Of a DNA stretch of 28,461 nt, positions 1-7,899 are shown piece by piece; the stretch's first letter is position 1; each line of letters opens with the position of its first letter. Position numbers and translations under genes: made by a program. The stretch comes from Limisphaerales bacterium (lineage in GTDB: Bacteria > Verrucomicrobiota > Verrucomicrobiia > Limisphaerales > UBA8199): the NCBI GenBank assembly GCA_025356925.1, contig JANXQE010000186.1, positions 1-28,461 of the forward strand, given 5' to 3'. Under the pieces are notes generated by a model that worked only from the letters and a program-made list of their open reading frames with translations, was not told the origin of the DNA and ran no database searches.

Positions 1-136
1 CGCGCTCGCTCGTTCAGAACCGGTGCTACAACCGCGTATTTCGAAATGATCATCGCTTCCAACTCGTCATCTCGCCTCATCCACACACCGATACATATCT
101 CCATTTAAGTTGGCAATATAATTGTGGTGCGTGTCC

Positions 137-2206
137 TTAGAGCTGGCTGTACCGGAAAAAAATATCGGGGGAGGTCACAGCAGCAGGCCCAAATATGCGA
201 AATGAGTTTGTCATTGTGACCACGCTGGTGGGCGCCCAGGCGCTCAGCAGGTTCGTTGTCGATTGAATCTGGTAGGTCTTGCCGGGCGCTCCATAGAGGA
301 TCACCTCGTACTGCGAGCCCGGCAAAAAGACCATGTCGAGCGTCGGCGGATCAGCAACAAACTCAGTGATGCGGAAGGCCGTGTTTGGCGGCGGCGCGGA
401 AGCAAACGCCTGGAATGCGTTGGTCAGCGGCACACGGGCTGCGAAGGTAAAAGGACTATCGGGAACCAGAGTGTTCTGCGCCTCGACCAAATAGCTGTTC
501 CAGGGTTGGCCGTAAAGCGTGAGGCTGGAGGACGCGATGAGAGTGGGCGGGAGCACTGGGTTACCGGGAGGGATGTTGATGGTCACGTTGGCGAGCAGGA
601 ATGCCTGGGTATTCAGCAGCATCGTGCCGCCGTTCTGCGCGGTCAACTGTCCGAGGCCGTTCACCAGAACCATGCCCGACAGGCTGCTCAAATCAAGCAC
701 ACTTCCGGCCCCATCCGAAAGAAAGGTCTGATAGCCGTTTTGGATGCCTGTCACATTGCTCAAGAGAACCTGGCCGCCATTTAACGCCTTGACGTTCAAA
801 AATCCACAGACCGTGTTGCCCGTCACATGGGTCAGTCCCGGCAGGCTTAACACACTGCCCACTCCGTTGGCCTGCCAGGTAATATCCTCACAAACGCCGG
901 GTGGCTGGTAAGTCACCACTCCAGGCAAGGACATCACCGCCCCGCCGCTCACGGACAATCCCGCCCCGGTTATGTTTACGAGTTGGGCCGTGGAAATCGT
1001 CCCGCCCGCTGCCAGGTTAAAATTCACTCCGTTGCCATCGGCGAGTTTCGGCACCAGCACGCTGCCCCCGCCACTAGCCTCCAGATTCAGTGTTCCCGCA
1101 TTGCCGGCCAGGGAAGAGAGGTTGACGAGGCTGTTGCTCCCGTCCGCCTGCACTGAAAGGTCACCCCCTAAGTTCGTCACCACGTTGTCCAAGAAGACTT
1201 GCCCGCCATCCTGAGCCTTGACGGTCAAATATCCACAGACTGTGTTGCCCGTCACATTGGTCAGTCCCGGCAAACTTAAGAGACTGCCCACTCCGCTGGC
1301 CTGCCAAGTAACACCCTGGCAGACAACCGGTGCCTGGTAACTCACCACGCCCGGCAACGACATTACCCCCCCGCCGCTCACGGACAAACTCGACCCGGAA
1401 ATGTTCGTCAGTTGTGCTGTGGAAATGGCTCCGCCCGCCGCCAGGTTAAAATTCACCCCGTTGCCATCAGCCAGTTTCGGGGCCAGCACGCTGCCGCCGC
1501 CACTGGCCTCCAGATTCAGCGCTCCAGCATTTTCGGTCAGCGAAGACAAGTTGACCAGACTGTTGCTTCCGTCGGCCTGTACAGAAAGGGAACCGCCCAG
1601 GTCCATCACCACGTTGCTGAGCAGGATCTGGCCGCCATTCGATGCCCGAACGGTCAGATATGCGCAGACGGTGTTGCCGGTCACATTAGTCAGTCCCGGA
1701 AGGCTTACCACGCTGCCCGCTCCGTCGGCCTGCCAGGCGACATTCTCACAGACACTTGGTGCCCGATAAGTTACCAACCCAGGCAAGGACAGCACCGCCC
1801 CGCCGCTCGCAGAAAGATTCGCTCCATCACCACTCGTCGGTCCGCTGCTTGCGAAAGTGGTGCCAGCACCCGTCACGGCGAGAGTACTTCCGTTGGTCAT
1901 CCCCAGCGCGCCCTGCACCTGAGAAGATCCGGCTACGACCGTGAAGGTACCACCGGAAATGGTGAGGGCCTTGGTGCATTGGATGCTCCGGACCGTGGCG
2001 TTATTGGTGACCGTGACCTCGGTGCCCGTTCCGCTCATGATGAGGACGTCGTTCGCCGGACCGGGGACCTGGCGCCCAACCCAGTTGTTGGGGTCGAACC
2101 ACGAGGAGGAGGAGCCGGCACCGCTCCAGGCGATGGTTTGTCCAAAACCCGTCAATCCGCGAGCGACAACCAAGATCGCGATTAACACAAAACGCTGTTC
2201 CTTCAT
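137..2206 (-). CDS. Exported Gly/Ser/Asn-rich repeat protein (probable beta-solenoid surface protein) with about 2.6 x 143-aa tandem repeats and a duplicated C-terminal tail domain
   Basis: ORF 137..2260. The ATG at 2206 (MKEQRFVLIAILVVARGLTGFG-Q) gives a Sec-like signal peptide. The N-terminal W-x-G...W-x-x-x-x-NW...VP...DV-x-I motif is typical of large exported proteins. Internal repeats are visible in both protein and DNA. Confidence 0.85.
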   Translation of the reverse strand: MKEQRFVLIAILVVARGLTGFGQTIAWSGAGSSSSWFDPNNWVGRQVPGPANDVLIMSGTGTEVTVTNNATVRSIQCTKALTISGGTFTVVAGSSQVQGALGMTNGSTLAVTGAGTTFASSGPTSGDGANLSASGGAVLSLPGLVTYRAPSVCENVAWQADGAGSVVSLPGLTNVTGNTVCAYLTVRASNGGQILLSNVVMDLGGSLSVQADGSNSLVNLSSLTENAGALNLEASGGGSVLAPKLADGNGVNFNLAAGGAISTAQLTNISGSSLSVSGGGVMSLPGVVSYQAPVVCQGVTWQASGVGSLLSLPGLTNVTGNTVCGYLTVKAQDGGQVFLDNVVTNLGGDLSVQADGSNSLVNLSSLAGNAGTLNLEASGGGSVLVPKLADGNGVNFNLAAGGTISTAQLVNITGAGLSVSGGAVMSLPGVVTYQPPGVCEDITWQANGVGSVLSLPGLTHVTGNTVCGFLNVKALNGGQVLLSNVTGIQNGYQTFLSDGAGSVLDLSSLSGMVLVNGLGQLTAQNGGTMLLNTQAFLLANVTINIPPGNPVLPPTLIASSSLTLYGQPWNSYLVEAQNTLVPDSPFTFAARVPLTNAFQAFASAPPPNTAFRITEFVADPPTLDMVFLPGSQYEVILYGAPGKTYQIQSTTNLLSAWAPTSVVTMTNSFRIFGPAAVTSPDIFFRYSQL
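680..1816 (-). repeat. Intragenic tandem repeat, period 429 bp (143 aa): units 1816-1388, 1387-959 and a partial unit 958-~680
   Basis: The anchor ccgccgctc occurs at 942, 1371 and 1800, exactly 429 bp apart. Segments ~1016-1090 and ~1445-1519 are near-identical, with mostly synonymous differences. Confidence 0.95.
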
Positions 2207-2278
2207 ATCTTTGCTTGGAACCAACCCAGCTTGTACATGACGATTCCATGCCAAAGCCAAGTCGGCGGGACCTGATGG

Positions 2279-2308
2279 CAGAACGTCTCAGAACGTCTTA
2301 GAAAGTCA
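2279..2308. repeat. 10-bp direct repeat, CAGAACGTCT x2 plus degenerate TAGAAAGTCA, in a divergent intergenic region
   Basis: Read directly at 2279-2288, 2289-2298 and 2299-2308. Confidence 0.75.
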
Positions 2309-2434
2309 ACCGTTCAAACCTGGCGTTGAAAAAATGGACGACCCATTTATTCGTTTTGTCTCCGCGTTCATTCGGTTCCCGAAGCCCCCCCAACCCGGGG
2401 TTTTCTTTTCCGGCCGGGCCATTACCATGGTGGT

Positions 2435-3649
2435 GTGAAACTGACCCGCAGGCCCTTTCCGGCACCATCAAGATTTCGCCGCCACTGGACTCTTTCTCCG
2501 GGGGTGGCATTCCTGAACCACGGTTCTTTCGGAGCGTGCCCCGCGGCGATCTTAAAGCTGCAAGCGAGGCTTCGATGCCAAATGGAGGCCGAGCCGGTTC
2601 AATTCCTGTGGCGCTTGTATGAAGAGCGGTTGGATGCCGCGCGAGCGATTGTCGCGCGGCTCGTGGGGGCGCGTCCACGCGACCTGGTGTTTGTCACGAA
2701 TGCCACCACCGGCATCAACGCGGTGTTGGGTTCTCTAAAGCTCAAACCGGGCGATGAACTGCTCGCCACGGACCACGATTATAACGCGTGCCACAATGCG
2801 CTGGTCGACACGGCGCGTCGAATGCGGGTCCGGCTGCGGGTCGCCCGAGTCCCCTTCCCCGCGCGCAATGCCGACGAGATCCTTGAGGGTATTCTGGCCT
2901 CGGTCACTCGCCGCACACGCGTGGCCCTGATCGATCACGTCACCAGCAGCACGGCCCTGGTTTTTCCGGTAGCAAGGATCGTCCGTGAGTTAGAACGACG
3001 CGGGGTGGATACCGTGGTGGACGGAGCGCATGCGCCGGGGATGGTTCCGCTCAATCTCTCAACCCTTGCCCCGGCGTACTATGCCGCGAACCTGCACAAA
3101 TGGGTGTGCGCACCGAAAGGAACGGCGTTTCTTTGGGTGCGCGAGGACAAACAACGCGAGCTGCAGCCCGCTGTCATCAGCCATGGCAACAATACGCCTC
3201 GTCCTGGCTATTCGCCCTTCCAGGACCGGTTCGATTGGGCCGGCACCTTTGACCCTTCGGCCTGGTTTTGTGCAGGTGAGGCAATTCGTTGGATGGAAAA
3301 GCTGCGGGCCGGTGGCTGGCGTGGTGTGCGAGAAGCCAATCATCACCTTGCCGTCCGCGCGCGAAGACTACTCTGCGAAGAATTGGACCTTGAGCCGCCG
3401 TGCCCCGAGACGCTGCTCGGCTCGATGGCGACGCTCCCCTTGCCGGACCGGTTTCAAGGCCAGCCAAAAGCAGGCAAGATCGATCCGGAACAATCGCGTC
3501 TCTACGACGAGTTCGGCATCGAGGTCCCCTTTTTCCGCATTGGACAGCCGCAGCGGCGCTATTTCAGGATTTCAGCCCACCTCTATAACTCAATCGCGGA
3601 GTACAAATACCTAGCGCAGGCTCTTGAATCAGTCGAACTCCAGCCATGA
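2435..3649 (+). CDS. Class V PLP-dependent aminotransferase-fold enzyme, isopenicillin N epimerase (CefD)/Egt2/L-cysteine desulfhydrase-like
   Basis: Motifs LNHGSFGACP, DHVTSSTA and VDGAHAPG, the PLP-lysine motif ANLHKWVCAPKG, and a C-terminal RISAHLYN. GTG start. Confidence 0.9.
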   Translation: MKLTRRPFPAPSRFRRHWTLSPGVAFLNHGSFGACPAAILKLQARLRCQMEAEPVQFLWRLYEERLDAARAIVARLVGARPRDLVFVTNATTGINAVLGSLKLKPGDELLATDHDYNACHNALVDTARRMRVRLRVARVPFPARNADEILEGILASVTRRTRVALIDHVTSSTALVFPVARIVRELERRGVDTVVDGAHAPGMVPLNLSTLAPAYYAANLHKWVCAPKGTAFLWVREDKQRELQPAVISHGNNTPRPGYSPFQDRFDWAGTFDPSAWFCAGEAIRWMEKLRAGGWRGVREANHHLAVRARRLLCEELDLEPPCPETLLGSMATLPLPDRFQGQPKAGKIDPEQSRLYDEFGIEVPFFRIGQPQRRYFRISAHLYNSIAEYKYLAQALESVELQP

Positions 3650-3653
3650 CACC

Positions 3654-4082
3654 CTACCGGCAAGCGAGCGTTTGGCTTGGACAAGTCCTGGGGATTTCGG
3701 GCCACTCGAAATCCGGGGTGACTTCGACAACTCCGCCGGCCTCGAGCAGCCTGGTTTCGCCTCTGGCCCAGACCTCATCGTTTAGGAGTAACTGAAATTC
3801 GACTCGCTCGCCCGAGGGCTCCGCCGACCAACCCCAGGTTCGTGGAGCAACGCACGCCAATGGCTGGCCTTTGTCCCATCGTAGCCCCGCGCCTCGACCG
3901 CGAATGAACACCGCGTTGTTCGACCCCAAGTCCACTTCAACCGCAAGAACTGTCGACCTCGCGATCGCAGGCGCCCGCTCCCCCCAGCACTGTCCCGCGG
4001 GTTCGGGCGGACATCCCCCCCGGTTCGGACCATACCCCACCTCCCGGCTTGAACCTATCGCTTTGTGAAAACCAATTCTCAT
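3654..4082 (-). CDS. Small hypothetical protein with a C-terminal beta-rich domain (VDLGSNNAVFIRGRGAGLRWDKG...FQLLLNDEVWARGE), possibly CBM20-like
   Basis: The C-terminal ~90 aa looks like a real folded domain and resembles hypothetical proteins I recall from Verrucomicrobiota (IDVGFGN-x-L-x-IRG-x-G-x-GLSW-x-x-G). The N-terminus and start codon are uncertain. Confidence 0.6.
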   Translation of the reverse strand: MRIGFHKAIGSSREVGYGPNRGGCPPEPAGQCWGERAPAIARSTVLAVEVDLGSNNAVFIRGRGAGLRWDKGQPLACVAPRTWGWSAEPSGERVEFQLLLNDEVWARGETRLLEAGGVVEVTPDFEWPEIPRTCPSQTLACR

Positions 4083-4196
4083 AACCTGAGATTACCTCTC
4101 CCACCCTATGGTCGGGTTTGGGTCCGAGCAACCTCAGGAGGGTGACGATCGGGTTACGAATACGAGACAAACAAAAGGCGTGAGAAGGTCCTGGCG

Positions 4197-5471
4197 CTAG
4201 GTCAGCTTCCACGGACTGCGCATCGGACGTGACAACATCGCGTTGGCTTGCTCGTCACCCTCGAACCGCTCCGCCTCGGGATCCCATTTCAGCTTGCGTC
4301 CCACTTTGATGGCGATGTTGGCCAAATGGCATACCGTGGAGACGCGGTGACCGATGTCCACGGGGAAATAAGGATCCTTGCGGCTCTTCATGCACTTAAG
4401 GAAATCATCATGTTCGCCTTCCAGGTTGGTGTAGAGATGAATCTCCTCAGGGCCGATCACGGAATTGAGTACCTTGTCTGAACTGGCTTCGACCTTGCCG
4501 CGCCAGCCGCGGTTGCCCACCCATCCGTCGGTTCCGATGAATTTGATGCTTGGATTTCCCGGTGTGCAGGTCATCACCACGCCGTTCTTGTAGCGATACG
4601 TCACATTATAATCCTTTACGGTGTTATAGAGTCCGCCATCCCAGAACGTGCCGGTTCCCTCGACTTCGATCGGTCCGGTTCGTTCAGTGTCATTCGCCCA
4701 TTGCGCAGTATCAAACAGGTGCGCGCCCCAATCGCAAATGATCCCGCCGGAGTAATCCCAGACCCATCTGAAATTAAAGTGCACCCGATCCTTGGTATAG
4801 GGCGCGTAGGGAGCCGGACCGAGCCACATTTCCCAGTCAAGATCAGGTGGCACCGGCTGCGGTGTCGGATCGCCCGCAACGTCGGGCTGCTTGGGCAGAA
4901 TCACCTCGATCCTCTGCAGCTTTCCAATCCGTCCGTTTCGCACCAACTCGGCCATCCGGTGGTACATGGGCAGCGAACGATCTTCGGTGCTGGTCTGGAA
5001 CACGCGTTGATATTTGCGCATGGTTTCGATCAGGATCTTTCCTTCGGCGATCGTCAGTGTGGGTTTTTCGCATTGGACATCTTTCCCGGCGCGCGCCGCC
5101 ATCACGCTGATGAACGTATGCCAATGGTCCGGTGTGGAGATCATCACGGCATCTATGTCCTTGCGGGCTATTACCTCGCGGAAATCTTTGGTGATGGCAC
5201 AGGCTTCGTTGTCGTACTCCGCATCCACCATCGCCTTGGCGCGCCGCATGCGGTAGCCGTCCACGTCGCAGACCACCACCACTCTGGCGGCTTTGAGCTG
5301 CAAATATCGCTGGAGATTCCAGGTCGTGCCATGATCGCCGGTGCCAATAAACCCAATCGTGATTCGCTTACTCGGCGCTTCGGCACCCAGGACTGAGGCC
5401 GGTACGATCCAAGGCAACGCCAGGCCCGCTGCTCCGGTCTTAAGGAACTGTCGTCTCGTGAGTCTTTTCAT
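4197..5471 (-). CDS. Tat-exported Gfo/Idh/MocA family oxidoreductase
   Basis: The ATG at 5471 gives the twin-arginine signal MKRLTRRQFLK. Also present: Rossmann motif GFIGTGDHG, ISTPDHWH, CEKP, DWEMWLGPAP and DWGAH. Confidence 0.93.
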   Translation of the reverse strand: MKRLTRRQFLKTGAAGLALPWIVPASVLGAEAPSKRITIGFIGTGDHGTTWNLQRYLQLKAARVVVVCDVDGYRMRRAKAMVDAEYDNEACAITKDFREVIARKDIDAVMISTPDHWHTFISVMAARAGKDVQCEKPTLTIAEGKILIETMRKYQRVFQTSTEDRSLPMYHRMAELVRNGRIGKLQRIEVILPKQPDVAGDPTPQPVPPDLDWEMWLGPAPYAPYTKDRVHFNFRWVWDYSGGIICDWGAHLFDTAQWANDTERTGPIEVEGTGTFWDGGLYNTVKDYNVTYRYKNGVVMTCTPGNPSIKFIGTDGWVGNRGWRGKVEASSDKVLNSVIGPEEIHLYTNLEGEHDDFLKCMKSRKDPYFPVDIGHRVSTVCHLANIAIKVGRKLKWDPEAERFEGDEQANAMLSRPMRSPWKLT

Positions 5472-5612
5472 GATTTTCCTCGGTTTAAGTCGGCTTGATG
5501 GCTTATCCTGCTCCGCCAGGAGAGGTTTTGTCACGCGGGAATTTACCGGCCAGAAAACTGGCATCCAAAGTGCAGCTTAACCCGGCACGGTTGTAAGTTA
5601 GCGTGGAGTATT

Positions 5613-6821
5613 ATGAAACGTGTTCTCTTTGTCGGTGAAGACCAGCCGCTTTGGCAGGAGGTTCGTAACCAACCCCCCGGCTTTTCGAGCCAATGGACAG
5701 CCGAATTCGCCCAGACAGGCCCGGAGGCCCTGGCCTGGGCCGAGCAGGGTGACTTCGATGCCGTAGTAGCGGATGTCCAATTATTTGACATGAGCGGCGT
5801 CGATTTGCTGGACGAGATCATGCGACGCCAGCCAAAAGCGTTGCGCATCGTCGTGTCCGACCATGGCGATCTTGAAAACACGGTTAAGTGCATCGGCAAG
5901 GCGCACCATCACCTGCTGAAGCCCTGCGACGTTTCCATGCTCGTGAACGCGTTGGGTGCCGGGTTCACGCTGGATTCATGGCTGCCCAGCCGACGCGTTC
6001 AGGAGCTCATCGGCAAGCTGCGCTGGGTCCCCAGCCCGCCAAATCTCTATTTCCGAATTGCCATGGAAGTGGAATCTCCGACGGCTTCCGTCGAGACCAT
6101 CGGCCAAATCATCGCTCAGGATCCTTCAGTCACGGCCAAGGTGCTGCAATTGGCCAACTCCGCTGTCTTTGGGCTTCAGTTGCAGGTCAATGAGCCGGCG
6201 GAAGCTGTGGCGTATCTCGGCTTGCAGGCCACCAAAACGCTGGTCCTGCTGGCGCACACCTTTTCTGAGTTTGATCATTTGCCTCGCGGCGGTTTTTCGG
6301 TGGACGAACTCTGGTTCCATTCGGTGCGGGTGGGTCAGTTCGCCCGGCAAATTTCTTTGCTGGAGCAACAGGCTCCGGATCTGGGCGAGCAAGCCTACGC
6401 GGCAGGATTGCTCCATGATCTGGGCAAGATCCTCCTCGCCGCCAACTTGCCTGTACCATTTGGCCAGGCCCTGGCGCTGGCCCGTCAGGCCCAAATCAAT
6501 CTGCATCTGGCGGAAACTCAAACTTTTGGGGGCAATCACGCGGAGGTCGGTGCGTGTCTGCTGGGAATCTGGGGCCTGCCCGCGCCGATTGTCGAGGCGG
6601 TCGCATTGCATCATAATCCCTCCGCTGCTTCCCAGAAATCTTTTGGAGCGCTCACCGCGGTGCACGCCGCAGATGTTTTCGCCCACGAAATGGCTCCGGA
6701 CCACGCGACGCTTCAGCCCCTTGAACTCGACCAGTCATACCTCCAACAACTGGGTTTGGTCGAAAGAGCAGAGCTGTGGCGGCGCCATTGTCAGGACCTC
6801 GACGTCCAGGCGACGTATTGA
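5613..6821 (+). CDS. Response regulator, receiver (REC) + HDOD domain
   Basis: REC: DAVVAD phospho-Asp and KPC. HDOD: QDPSVTAKVLQLANS, WFHS, AGLLHDLGK, HAEVGA..L..WGLP and ALHH. GGAG lies upstream of the ATG. Confidence 0.92.
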   Translation: MKRVLFVGEDQPLWQEVRNQPPGFSSQWTAEFAQTGPEALAWAEQGDFDAVVADVQLFDMSGVDLLDEIMRRQPKALRIVVSDHGDLENTVKCIGKAHHHLLKPCDVSMLVNALGAGFTLDSWLPSRRVQELIGKLRWVPSPPNLYFRIAMEVESPTASVETIGQIIAQDPSVTAKVLQLANSAVFGLQLQVNEPAEAVAYLGLQATKTLVLLAHTFSEFDHLPRGGFSVDELWFHSVRVGQFARQISLLEQQAPDLGEQAYAAGLLHDLGKILLAANLPVPFGQALALARQAQINLHLAETQTFGGNHAEVGACLLGIWGLPAPIVEAVALHHNPSAASQKSFGALTAVHAADVFAHEMAPDHATLQPLELDQSYLQQLGLVERAELWRRHCQDLDVQATY

Positions 6822-6943
6822 GCGGCCATGCGGCCACCCTACGCGCCGCGGTGAAGTAAGGAAAACGGGTGCGCCCTCTGAGCCATCCATCGTTCAAAAT
6901 CTGGCGCTAGCTCCTGCTGCCGGCCTGTGGCAACCTGAAGAGG

Positions 6944-7804
6944 ATGAAGCTTGGGCGGCCGCGGACGAAATCTTTGGTGCTGTTTCTGGCGGCCTGCCTG
7001 CTCATACCTTTAATGCTGCGCTGGTTTGAACACAGTCAGGTATACCATCCGGACCGTATCCTGCGCGCGACCGGGAGCGAGTTGGGCCGGCCGTTCGAGG
7101 ACGTGTCCTTTCGCGCGAGTGATGGCGTCGAGCTGAACGGGTGGCTGTTTCGAGCAGACCCGAACTCGGCGCGCTCCTCTCTGGTCGTGCTCCTGTGCCA
7201 CGGCAATGGCGGGAACATCAGTGATCGGCTCGGGATGGCTCAAGCTCTCCTGACGACCGGTGTGAGCGTGTTTCTGTTCGATTACCGCGGTTATGGGCGC
7301 AGCCAGGGCCGCCCAAGTGAGGAGGGAACTTACCGGGACGGAGAAGCAGCTTACGGCTGGCTTGAGCGGAAGGGGTTCTTCGGCAAAAATATCCTGCTGT
7401 TTGGTGAATCCCTGGGAGGCGGAGTGGCCGCCGACCTGGCGACTCACCTGATCACCGGCGGGTTAATCCTTCAAAGCACCTTTACCTGCATCGCTGACCT
7501 TGGCGCCGATCTGTTTCCCTGGCTCCCAGTACGCTGGCTGGCCCGGATTAAGTACGACACTCTGAGCAAACTTCCCCGGGTCAAAACCCCGGTCCTGGTG
7601 ATGCATAGCCGCGCGGACAGCTTGATCCGGTTTCAACACAGTCAGCGAAACTTCGCTGCCGCCAATGAACCAAAACTGTTCTGCGAACTCGTTGGAGATC
7701 ACAACGACCCGCTCACGAACCGGACCCAGTTCATTGCTGATATTGAAAAATTCCTAAACCTGATCGCCGCCACTCCGACCAAATCCGCCACCGCCCGCGA
7801 ATAG
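6944..7804 (+). CDS. Alpha/beta hydrolase with an N-terminal membrane anchor (ABHD13/ABHD17-like bacterial family)
   Basis: Motifs CHGNGGNI, FDYRGYGRSQG-x-PSE-x-G, nucleophile elbow GESLG, HSRAD and GDHND. Confidence 0.9.
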   Translation: MKLGRPRTKSLVLFLAACLLIPLMLRWFEHSQVYHPDRILRATGSELGRPFEDVSFRASDGVELNGWLFRADPNSARSSLVVLLCHGNGGNISDRLGMAQALLTTGVSVFLFDYRGYGRSQGRPSEEGTYRDGEAAYGWLERKGFFGKNILLFGESLGGGVAADLATHLITGGLILQSTFTCIADLGADLFPWLPVRWLARIKYDTLSKLPRVKTPVLVMHSRADSLIRFQHSQRNFAAANEPKLFCELVGDHNDPLTNRTQFIADIEKFLNLIAATPTKSATARE

Positions 7805-7816
7805 TTCTGCTCCTCG

Positions 7817-7841
7817 GGAGGGCCGAGTTCCACGAGGCCCT
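7817..7841. repeat. REP-like hairpin (GGAGGGCCGAGTTCCACGAGGCCCT) between convergent genes; may also aid termination
   Basis: AGGGCC (7819-7824) pairs with GGCCCT (7836-7841) around an 11-nt loop. Confidence 0.5.
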
Positions 7842-7845
7842 GATG

Positions 7846-7876
7846 TTTATGCGGCTTTTGCGCATTTTTGTGGCTA
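7846..7876 (-). repeat. Single arm of an A-rich palindromic repeat family (minus strand TAGCCACAAAAATGCGCAAAAGCCGCATAAA)
   Basis: Similar to the two arms at 9804-9832 and 9854-9880. Confidence 0.5.
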
Positions 7877-7899
7877 TTAATGCCCTTTTTTTAGCGTTA

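Noticed and set aside
680-1816. Regularly spaced repeats considered as a CRISPR array or other non-coding array
   Set aside because: The period is 429 bp, in frame, inside a coding sequence and with synonymous divergence; there is no repeat-spacer pattern.
2435-3649. Beta-lactam biosynthetic cluster implied by CefD similarity
   Set aside because: No ACV synthetase, IPNS, expandase or other secondary-metabolite gene is in the window.
5956-7029. 357-aa same-strand alternative-frame ORF over the HDOD gene
   Set aside because: Arg/Ser/Pro/Trp-rich composition typical of off-frame translation, and it overlaps two real genes.
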